A DNA stretch of 55,438 nucleotides from a bacterium (GTDB lineage Bacteria > Bacillota > Clostridia > Christensenellales > SUG1161): assembly GCA_029006015.1 (NCBI GenBank), contig JAQXFY010000148.1, forward strand, positions 1 to 55,438, read 5' to 3'. Positions 8,271 to 15,680 of the stretch are shown piece by piece; position 1 is the stretch's first letter, and every line of letters begins with the position of its first letter. The notes beneath the pieces were generated by a model. That model ran no database searches, was not told the origin of the DNA, and worked only from the letters and a program-made list of their open reading frames with translations. Both the position numbers and the translations under genes were made by a program.

Positions 8271-9508
8271 AAACCATCGCCACGGTCTTTGGCTTTACCT
8301 TCAGGGAAGGCCTGCGCAAAAAAACATTTTTGGTATCCACCATCCTGGTGTGCGTTATTTTGCTGGTTTTGTGCGTTATCCCCAATTTTTTTGCGGATAA
8401 GGAAGAAGAACCCCTGCCGCCGGAAGGGGCGGAGCGCAGCAATATTTGCTATATTATCGATGAAGGCGGCGTCATGCCCGGCTTGGAGGAGGTGCTGAGC
8501 GCCGGCTTTACAAGCATTGGTTTTGTGCCTGCCCCCGCCGCGCAGCTGGAGGATATCCGCCAGCGCATTGCCAAGGAGGAGCAGCTGTCTGCCCTGGTGC
8601 TTGAAAAAACGCAGGGCCTGCCCCAAATGACGTTTTATGCCAAAAGCTTTATGTCCTCCCTGCCGGTGGACGCGATCGGGCAGACGGTTAAAAATATCTA
8701 TGTATCCGGCACCCTGCAAGCCATCGGCGTGCCGGCGGATGTGGCGGCGCTGGCCGCGGCCCAGCCCGAGGTGGATATGATTACCTTGGGTAAAATGGAG
8801 CTTCCCGGCTATATACTGGGCATTGTCATTACCATGGTCATGTTTTTTGCCATCTATATGTATGGCTACTGGGTGGCTATGTCCGTGGCATCGGAAAAAA
8901 CCTCGCGCGTCATGGAAACGCTGGTGGTATCCGCCAAACCCTGCCATATCCTGCTGGGCAAATGCCTGGCGATGGGGGCGCTGGGGCTGTTTCAGCTGGT
9001 TATCTTTTTGATCGTAGGCGTCATCGGCGTTACGGTTATTTTGCCGGGCGGGCTGGTTATCGGCGGAATGAGCCTTGATTTTAGCGTGCTGACGGTTCCA
9101 AGCACCCTGTTGCTGCTGGCTTACTTTATCCTGGGGTTTGCCCTGTACGCCCTGCTCAATTCCGTCTGCGGGGCAACGGTCAGCCGCACGGAGGATATCA
9201 ATGCCGCCCTGACCCCGGTGATGATGATTACCATGCTCTCGTTTTATATTGCCTACTTCGGGGCAATTTTGCCGGGCGGCGGCACGCTTAAAGCAATCGC
9301 CACCTGGGTACCCTTTACATCGCCCTTTGTCATCCCCTTCAGGCTTTTGAACGAGGCCGTGCCCACCGGGGATATCATTTGTTCGATGGCGATTTTGCTG
9401 GTATCCATCGTTGCCATCGCCGCGGTATCCATCCGGCTGTATACGGTTTCTGTGCTGCACTATGGCCAGCGCCTTAAGCTGAAGGATTTGTTTAAGGCGC
9501 GCATGTAG
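8267..9508 (+). CDS. ABC-2 type transporter permease (NatB-like)
   Basis: 413 aa with an N-terminal TM segment, a large loop and a C-terminal 5-6 TM block. Its ATGA start overlaps the ATPase stop. Confidence 0.8.
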   Translation: MKTIATVFGFTFREGLRKKTFLVSTILVCVILLVLCVIPNFFADKEEEPLPPEGAERSNICYIIDEGGVMPGLEEVLSAGFTSIGFVPAPAAQLEDIRQRIAKEEQLSALVLEKTQGLPQMTFYAKSFMSSLPVDAIGQTVKNIYVSGTLQAIGVPADVAALAAAQPEVDMITLGKMELPGYILGIVITMVMFFAIYMYGYWVAMSVASEKTSRVMETLVVSAKPCHILLGKCLAMGALGLFQLVIFLIVGVIGVTVILPGGLVIGGMSLDFSVLTVPSTLLLLAYFILGFALYALLNSVCGATVSRTEDINAALTPVMMITMLSFYIAYFGAILPGGGTLKAIATWVPFTSPFVIPFRLLNEAVPTGDIICSMAILLVSIVAIAAVSIRLYTVSVLHYGQRLKLKDLFKARM

Positions 9509-9518
9509 GCCGGGGCAC

Positions 9519-9688
9519 CTTGGGCGCCGTCCGTAAAACAGAAAATCCCCCGTATGCTGTGAGCATCCGGGGGATTTTTATATGACAGGCTGGCGCGGGG
9601 AAAGCCGGGGCTCCCTTGCGTAAAGGGGAGATGGTGCGCTGCAAGATATCACATCGCACGATACTGGCGATAGGAGAGTATACAAGTG
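9519..9688 (-). repeat. Copy A of a structured intergenic repeat (related copy at 32648-32939, opposite orientation)
   Basis: The reverse complement of 9519-9688 aligns by eye with 32648-32939. Shared blocks are CACTTgTATAC..CGTGCGaTGTG..CCCTTnnGnAAGGGAG and AAAATCCCCCGgATGCTCAcAgCATACGGGGGATTTtCTGtTTTACGGAC. Confidence 0.6.
9542..9578 (+). terminator. Intrinsic terminator after natB-like gene (hairpin is part of repeat copy A)
   Basis: AAAATCCCCCGTATGCT (9542-9558) pairs with AGCATCCGGGGGATTTT (9562-9578) with one mismatch. TTTTTAT follows. Confidence 0.75.
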
Positions 9689-9717
9689 CGTTTTTTGCCT
9701 GCTTAATAAACTGGAAT

Positions 9718-10197
9718 TTATCGCTCCTGTACTTTTTTTCCACTAAGGTGCTCTATTTCGATTTCAAACATCTGAACCTCCCTTCCGGATAAGGCTGCTT
9801 CTTCATCTACCATTTTTTCATCAGGATAATACTTTAGCGCAAACTGCTTTACAAGCTTGATCGTATCTTCCCGATTTTCGATTAAATGGCACCGGCCAAA
9901 GACAACCACACTTTGAAGAAACGGTGCCCACGCTTCTTCTTCTTTTATGCTTTCATTGCCGAAAGTAGTAAAGCAAACCTTGTCACATGCTTTCAAAGCA
10001 TCCACCTTATGACCTGCTTTTGCTCCATGAAAAATAATCTTCTGTGCGCCTTCATCATACAGATAATTTATCGGTATCGCATAGGGATAACCGTTATCAC
10101 CATTAACTGCCAAAATGCCGCGGCGACAACAACGAAGCAGCTCTTTTGCCGCATCTATACTGATTTCATTTTTCTTTTTGCGAACTGCTCTGAACAT
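9718..10197 (-). CDS. Pyridoxamine 5'-phosphate oxidase family (flavin-binding split-barrel) protein
   Basis: 159 aa (AVNGDNGYPYAIPINYLYD...IFHGAKAGHKVDAL). GGAGGAAAAT RBS. Visibly AT-richer than both flanks. Confidence 0.75.
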   Translation of the reverse strand: MFRAVRKKKNEISIDAAKELLRCCRRGILAVNGDNGYPYAIPINYLYDEGAQKIIFHGAKAGHKVDALKACDKVCFTTFGNESIKEEEAWAPFLQSVVVFGRCHLIENREDTIKLVKQFALKYYPDEKMVDEEAALSGREVQMFEIEIEHLSGKKVQER

Positions 10198-10236
10198 TAA
10201 ATTTTCCTCCGTAAATTCAAGCTTATTTACTTTTTT

Positions 10237-10265
10237 AGTATATCACAGCGAATTTGCCAATACAA
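10237..10265 (-). promoter_or_regulatory. Promoter of the PNPOx-family gene
   Basis: On the - strand: TTGTAT (10265-10260), 17 nt, TATACT (10242-10237). Confidence 0.5.
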
Positions 10266-10266
10266 T

Positions 10267-10300
10267 AACAGGCGCAGCGGTTCATGCCGCTGCGCCTGTT
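10267..10300 (-). terminator. Terminator hairpin downstream of ddh
   Basis: Perfect 14-bp stem AACAGGCGCAGCGG (10267-10280) / CCGCTGCGCCTGTT (10287-10300). T-rich tracts lie on both sides. Confidence 0.7.
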
Positions 10301-10319
10301 GGCTTTTTGTTGGTGCCTG

Positions 10320-11306
10320 TTATACAAAGTGTGCGCGAAGCTCCTCACCGCTTAAGGGGGAGAGCAGCGCGGGGGCGATATCCAGCACCGTGCGGCAGCC
10401 GCTTTGCCCCTGCAGTCCAAGCCGGTAGGCCGCGCGCGCGTAAGCCACCAGCACGCTGGAGGTAAACTCCGGATTGGAATCCAGGCGCAGGCGGGTTTCG
10501 ATGGTATGGGTGTTTTGCCCATCCAGGCCGGTAACGCCGTTTCGCACAACAAATCCGCCATGGGGAATGCCGCTGTGGTCGCGTGCCATCTCCTCCTGGC
10601 TGATAAAGGTAACGGTTGTATCGTAATCGGCAAAATAGTTGGGCATGGTCTTGATCTCGTGCTCGATGCGGGCCAGATCGGCGCCTTCCTTGGCTACAAC
10701 AAAGCATTCCCGGGTATGCTTCTGGCGGGTGGTAAGCGCAGGGTTTTCCCCGGAGCGTACGCGCTCCAGCGCCTCGGGCACCGGCACGGTATATTGCCGG
10801 GCATCCAGCACGCCTTCTACCCGGCGGATGGCATCGGAATGCCCCTGGCTGACGCCCTTACCCCAGAACGTGTAATCCTGCCCCTGGGGCAAAATGGCGC
10901 CGGCGATCACGCGCGTCAGCGAAAACAAACCCGGGTCCCAGCCCACGGAGATAATGCCCACCTTGCCGCCTGCCTTTGCCGCCGCATCAACGGCATCAAA
11001 GTGCGCGGGAATGTTGGCATGGGTATCGAAGCTGTCCACCACATGGAAGGTGCGGGCCAGCTGGGGGGTTTGAACGGGCAGATCGGTAGCGCTGCCGCCG
11101 CACAGGATCATGACATCGATATCGCCAGCCATGCTCTGCGCCTGATCGGCGGGTAAAACGGGAACGCCCGGTGTTTGAAGGGAAATGCTCTGCGGCGCCC
11201 TGCGGGTAAAAACCGCCGCCAGGCGCATATCGGGGTTTTGCCGGATGGCGCATTCCACGCCGCGCCCCAGGTTGCCATATCCCATGATGCCGATGTTGAT
11301 TGCCAT
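10320..11306 (-). CDS. ddh: meso-Diaminopimelate D-dehydrogenase
   Basis: MAINIGIMGYGNLGRG...SVGWDPG...WGKGVSQGHSDA... is typical Ddh sequence. The start is taken at ATG 11306 behind AAAGGAG. The track ORF extends 8 codons further upstream. Confidence 0.9.
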   Translation of the reverse strand: MAINIGIMGYGNLGRGVECAIRQNPDMRLAAVFTRRAPQSISLQTPGVPVLPADQAQSMAGDIDVMILCGGSATDLPVQTPQLARTFHVVDSFDTHANIPAHFDAVDAAAKAGGKVGIISVGWDPGLFSLTRVIAGAILPQGQDYTFWGKGVSQGHSDAIRRVEGVLDARQYTVPVPEALERVRSGENPALTTRQKHTRECFVVAKEGADLARIEHEIKTMPNYFADYDTTVTFISQEEMARDHSGIPHGGFVVRNGVTGLDGQNTHTIETRLRLDSNPEFTSSVLVAYARAAYRLGLQGQSGCRTVLDIAPALLSPLSGEELRAHFV

Positions 11307-11406
11307 GTTTACCGCTCCTTTGTGCAGCATGCCGCCCGGGAAAACCGGGCCATATCAAACCCATGGGCGCAGCCGATACAAGCGTTTGCGCCCCGTGCAA
11401 CGGTTT

Positions 11407-11435
11407 ATTATACGAAAATCCGGGGGCGCCTGCAA
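11407..11435 (-). promoter_or_regulatory. Promoter of ddh
   Basis: On the - strand: TTGCAG (11435-11430), 17 nt, TATAAT (11412-11407). Leaves a 5' UTR of about 95 nt. Confidence 0.55.
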
Positions 11436-11575
11436 GAAGAAAAATGGCCGCACAGGCGCCTTGCCGTAAGCGCTTGGAGCGGCCGCCATGTGCGGAAAAT
11501 GGCAGAATGCACGCCAAGGCCATGCGCCAAAGCGCTGCCGCAGGTGCGGCCCGCCCGGGGGAAGGCAAACCAAAT

Positions 11576-11600
11576 GCCCCTTTGCATAGGGCAAAGGGGC
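11576..11600 (-). terminator. Intrinsic terminator downstream of the SIS gene
   Basis: GCCCCTTTGC (11576-11585) / GCAAAGGGGC (11591-11600). ATTTGGTTTG follows on the - strand. Confidence 0.65.
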
Positions 11601-11799
11601 AGATCATTGGCACGCAATGCGGGGTGCCTGCGGTTGTGTGTGGCCCGGTGGGCCCTAAAGCGCCGCAGCATGCCCATACTTTTGGGCAAACGGCCATCCG
11701 CCAGAGGGGGGAGGCCCCTGCATCGCCCTTTATAAAAGGCGGTATAGCCTATGGCCCGCTTGGATGAGTATGCGCGGGGCTCCGGGGGCGTTATCGGCG

Positions 11800-12840
11800 C
11801 TACAATGTTACCGTGTGCTTGGATACCCCTTCCGGATGATCGGGATTAAGGCCGCGGCACAGGGCAATGTGGCAGGTCAGCAGCTGCAAAATAACGGCGG
11901 CTGCAAAGGTGCCGGGCAAACCGGTCAGATGATCGGGCAGCACGATGGCGCTGTCAAACTGCCCGGCCTGTTTTGCCGGCCCGATCCCCAGGGCCTTTAT
12001 GCCGCGCTCTGCCTTCATGCGCTGGTAAAGCGCCAGCGTTTCCTCATCGGTAGCCGGATCAGCCGCAATCATGATATAGGCCATGCGCGGGCCGGTCAGC
12101 GCAAAGGGGCCGTGGATATAATCGCTGACGGCGTAGCCATGGGCATGGATGGCGCAGGCTTCCTGCAATTTCAGTTCCATTTCCTTGCACACGGTGGAGG
12201 CATGGCCGCGCGCCAGCAGGAAAATTTCCTCATGCCCGGCCAGCTGCCGGGCAGCGGCGATAACCTGATCCTCCAGGCCAAGGGCGGCCTCCACAGCGCC
12301 GGGCAGAGCATCGATATCGGCTTTGAGCCCCTCGCCGCAGGCCGCTGCCAGCGCGGCCATAAGCGCCGCCTGGGACAGGTAGCTTTTGGTGGCGGTTACG
12401 CATTTTTCCTCCCCACAGCAGCAGTGCATGCGGTGCAGGGCCGCCTTTTCCACGATGGAATCGGGCGCGTTGGTGATGGATAGGGTCAGCGCCCCGCTGC
12501 GGCCTGCCTGGCCCAGCACATGGGCGACATCCGCCGCGCCGCCCGATTGGCTGACGCCGATCATCCACGCCCCTTTAAAGTTGACGGGCGCACCGTAGCG
12601 CGTATATACTGAGGGGTTTATCACCGTGGTGGGCACCCCGGCGTATGTTTCAAACAGGTAACGCGCCATCAGGCAGGCATGTTCGCTGGAGCCGCGCGCG
12701 CAAAAGGCGATCAGCGTGGGGCGATGGGCAATAAATTGCTGGGCCAGCTCCCGGATGATGGGGGCGTTTTCCTCAAAGGCCCGCCTCAGCACCTGGGGCT
12801 GCTGACGGATTTCATCCAGCATGATGGGGTGGTTGGACAT
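11800..12840 (-). CDS. SIS-domain sugar-phosphate isomerase/deglycase (GlmS C-terminal-like; FrlB/AgaS type)
   Basis: 346 aa from ATG 12840 (CAAGGAGGAATTGCC RBS). Two SIS repeats are present (CARGSSEHA...GVSQSGG; LLARGHASTVCKEMELKLQE). The upstream part of track ORF 11800-13242 shows no protein-like features. Confidence 0.8.
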   Translation of the reverse strand: MSNHPIMLDEIRQQPQVLRRAFEENAPIIRELAQQFIAHRPTLIAFCARGSSEHACLMARYLFETYAGVPTTVINPSVYTRYGAPVNFKGAWMIGVSQSGGAADVAHVLGQAGRSGALTLSITNAPDSIVEKAALHRMHCCCGEEKCVTATKSYLSQAALMAALAAACGEGLKADIDALPGAVEAALGLEDQVIAAARQLAGHEEIFLLARGHASTVCKEMELKLQEACAIHAHGYAVSDYIHGPFALTGPRMAYIMIAADPATDEETLALYQRMKAERGIKALGIGPAKQAGQFDSAIVLPDHLTGLPGTFAAAVILQLLTCHIALCRGLNPDHPEGVSKHTVTL

Positions 12841-13208
12841 GGCAATTCCTCCTTGGTATATCAGGCGCTGCCTGCACAGGGCAGCAAAAACGCGGGGCTT
12901 TTTGTTCCCGGGGATAATCCAGCCGCCTGCGCCGTGATGGGCGCTTGCCGCCGGCACCTGTTCCGGGCCTTTGCCGCTGCCCCTGCGCGGCACCGGCAAA
13001 AAATGGCGGCAGGCGCGGGCATGAGGGCCGGCCGGTGCCATCATTATACCGCATGCACCGGCGCCGGGCCAGCCATATACCGCTTGAAGCCCGGGCCAAA
13101 AGGCCGGGCCGGCCCTGGCGGATGATGCGGCCACGTAGGGCATGCCGGAAATATCTGTCCGCCCCCGGTGCATGGGGCGCGGATGGCTGCTTTTGGCGGC
13201 ACCGGGGG

Positions 13209-15473
13209 TTACAGCGCGGGCGTCAGCACACAGCTGTGGCATCCGGCGGCAACCTCAAAGCAGACAACGCCCTGGGCGGAAGGCACCAGCCGCTCGCCCG
13301 TCAGGCCATCCAGCGTCAGGCGCAGGGGATAGGAAGGGCAAAGCCCGCAGAGGATGTGGCGCGCGGCAAACGGGGTATCGCAGGTATAGCGGATGGGGGA
13401 TAAGGCGGGCTCGTCAATGGCGCGCTGACCGGAGGGAAACATCGCCACATAGCAGGTGTTCCCCGCTTCAATGATGGCGCCCTGCATGCGGCCAAAATCG
13501 GCGGTCAGGGGCCGGATGGAATAAGGTGCATCCTGCGTGGCGGCCAGTTGAAGCGCCGTCAGGTATTCCGCGCGCAGGCAGGGCTCCGGCGTGCCGATCT
13601 CTGCGCGCCAGCAGCCGCTTTCGCGCACCGGGTGAAGCACAAAGGCCTGCTCCGCCTGCTCGGGTGGATAATCGGTTTGGGTATAGCGGTTATAAAAGCG
13701 GTATCCCTCGCCGCCAACGGTATATACCCTGGCATCCAGCGGAAAAAGCGGCGTAAGGTGCAGCGCGCCATCATAATGTAAAGGCATTCCCGCCAGCGGG
13801 GCCTGCCCGGTGCGGATGGCCCGGATCGTGGGGCGGCCCTGATACCCGGTAACGCCAATGGGCGCAGGCACGCCCGCCACCTGCGGCTGCTGCTCAAAGT
13901 GAAAAAGCACCTGGCTGTCCACGGGGCGCTCGGCCAGCACGGTATCGCGCACAAGCAGCACATCGGGCGCTTCCAGGTACAAAAGCGTGCGCCAGACCTG
14001 CCGGGCCGCATCCCCATAGGCCTGCGTCAGGTTGGCGGCTGCATACCGCCAGCCCGGCCCTTCGCCTTGCAGGGCCAGATAGGCGGTGGACAGGTTTGCC
14101 TGGCGGCGCGTCGCCTCATAGGCGGGCCAATCGGCATCCGATTGGGTGCTGCGGATGACGCGCTGCCCGCCATCGGGCGCAAGTAAAACCCCATCGATGC
14201 CCGGGGTGGGCTGCTGCTGCGCATCGTGCACAAGCAGGGTGTTGTGCGCCAGCGTGCGGCAGGCATAGTTTTGCCAATGGTTATTGTACATGCGAGAGTA
14301 TCCGCCGCTGTCAACAAGCAGGGCGCCTTTTTTATAAATCAGCAAATTGCCCTGATCGAAATGCTGGTGATCGGTAATATGCTCGCCGCAGGTCAGGGTA
14401 ATCATGGTGCTGTCCGTTTGCCAGCCGCTGCGCCATACCAGCTGCTGCTGGCCGCCCGGCGCGCTGCGAAGGGTTAAGGGCAGTGCTTCATAGCCGGGGG
14501 TATCGGGCATGCCGGCATCATAAAAAATCAGCATCTGCCAAATGGCATGGCTGCCAACCGCGCCCGGGCCATGCGCGCGCATCAAATCGCGCATAAAGGC
14601 ATGCAGCTGCCCGCAGGCCTCCCCCTCCAGCTGGCCGGCCAGCAGCGCCAGCGTGGGAAACAGCACCGTGCCCGCCGGGTGGGGGCGGTTCCAGTTGGTA
14701 TCGCCGATGCGCTCCATGGTAAAATCGGGCCGGAAATTCATGATGATAAAGCGCGCCATCTGGGGCAAAAAATCGCCAAATTCCCGCCGGATGCGCGCAA
14801 AATAACCAAAATCCCCGGCGGTATCCAGCGCTTTAACGGCGTATAAAAAGGGATGGAACACCACATAAGGGCTGTAATGGTTGCCCTCGCCCCAGGTGCC
14901 GCCCTTGTTGCGCAGCGTTTCAAACATGCCGCCGGGGCCGGTTAAAAGGCTGTCGATCAGCCCCAGGCAGGCCTGGGCGGTGCCATCGCCGCCCTGCCCC
15001 TCGCCGGACAGCGCCATGGCCAGGGTACACAGCGCCTGCAGGGAAACATAGGTGTAATTATGCTGGATGGACGGATGGCGCAGCGCCTTTTCAAAGGCGT
15101 CTGCCATGGCAGCCAGGCTGCGCAGGCAGGCATTGCGCAGATGGGCCGGAAGGGCGTTTGCCACCCAATCAAAGGAAACCGCCACATCGCAGGCATGGCC
15201 GGCATCGGCGGTATGCTCGTGCCCATCAAGCGCGGCCGCGGCGATGCGCTCCCCCACATACAGGGCATCGGCAACATCGCCGTACAGCAGGTAACGCAGC
15301 GCGGTGGAGCATAGGCCTTCGCCCTTGCCGCGCCCGGGCAGGCGGTCAAGCAGCGCGGCATAGCGCTTGTCGGTTATGCGGGCGCGAAGGGCGTCCAGTG
15401 TCAACCCGGTTCCGGGGGCATCCTGACGGGCCCGGATATAGATGCGTGGGTGTAAAGGCGAGATAGGGGGCAT
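13209..15473 (-). CDS. Heparinase II/III family protein (polysaccharide-lyase-like), no signal peptide
   Basis: 754 aa from ATG 15473 (CAAGGAGGATGCCTT RBS). The C-terminal motif DHQHFDQGNLLIYKKGALLVDSGGY...LAHNTLLV is typical of the family. Confidence 0.7.
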   Translation of the reverse strand: MPPISPLHPRIYIRARQDAPGTGLTLDALRARITDKRYAALLDRLPGRGKGEGLCSTALRYLLYGDVADALYVGERIAAAALDGHEHTADAGHACDVAVSFDWVANALPAHLRNACLRSLAAMADAFEKALRHPSIQHNYTYVSLQALCTLAMALSGEGQGGDGTAQACLGLIDSLLTGPGGMFETLRNKGGTWGEGNHYSPYVVFHPFLYAVKALDTAGDFGYFARIRREFGDFLPQMARFIIMNFRPDFTMERIGDTNWNRPHPAGTVLFPTLALLAGQLEGEACGQLHAFMRDLMRAHGPGAVGSHAIWQMLIFYDAGMPDTPGYEALPLTLRSAPGGQQQLVWRSGWQTDSTMITLTCGEHITDHQHFDQGNLLIYKKGALLVDSGGYSRMYNNHWQNYACRTLAHNTLLVHDAQQQPTPGIDGVLLAPDGGQRVIRSTQSDADWPAYEATRRQANLSTAYLALQGEGPGWRYAAANLTQAYGDAARQVWRTLLYLEAPDVLLVRDTVLAERPVDSQVLFHFEQQPQVAGVPAPIGVTGYQGRPTIRAIRTGQAPLAGMPLHYDGALHLTPLFPLDARVYTVGGEGYRFYNRYTQTDYPPEQAEQAFVLHPVRESGCWRAEIGTPEPCLRAEYLTALQLAATQDAPYSIRPLTADFGRMQGAIIEAGNTCYVAMFPSGQRAIDEPALSPIRYTCDTPFAARHILCGLCPSYPLRLTLDGLTGERLVPSAQGVVCFEVAAGCHSCVLTPAL

Positions 15474-15598
15474 AAGGCATCCTCCTTGGCCGATTAAAAG
15501 AACTGCCAGCAGTATACGCCGGCTTGGGCAAAAGCAAAAGCCCATGGCATGGAAAAAGCATCAGGCGGGCAGACGGACCATGGCAGGGCCTGGCACAG

Positions 15599-15632
15599 CA
15601 AAAAAGAAGGGACGGCCCGGGGCCGCCCCTTC
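15599..15632 (-). terminator. Intrinsic terminator after the BNR gene
   Basis: On the - strand: GAAGGGGCGGCC-CCG-GGCCGTCCCTTC, followed by TTTTTT. Confidence 0.8.
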
Positions 15633-15680
15633 TTTGAAATATGCCGCGCCGTGCGGCCCCATCATGGGCCGGCACAAGGG

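Noticed and set aside
8189-9460. 423-aa ORF on the - strand, antisense to the natB-like permease. Similar long antisense ORFs: 2375-3271, 3538-4314, 15549-16757, 16806-17639, 22688-24112, 25595-26512, 37112-38281, 38484-40412, 42048-43241, 43851-44813, 46172-47014, 51107-52204, 53255-54031, 53976-54740.
   Set aside because: These are typical GC-rich shadow frames. They are rich in R/G/A/P/H/Q and low in complexity. They have no RBS. Each fully overlaps a sense gene with a clear family signature.
11307-11406. Possible lysine (L-box) riboswitch in the ddh 5' UTR.
   Set aside because: The leader is only about 95 nt, with two simple hairpins. That is too short for an L-box, and I saw none of its conserved junction motifs.
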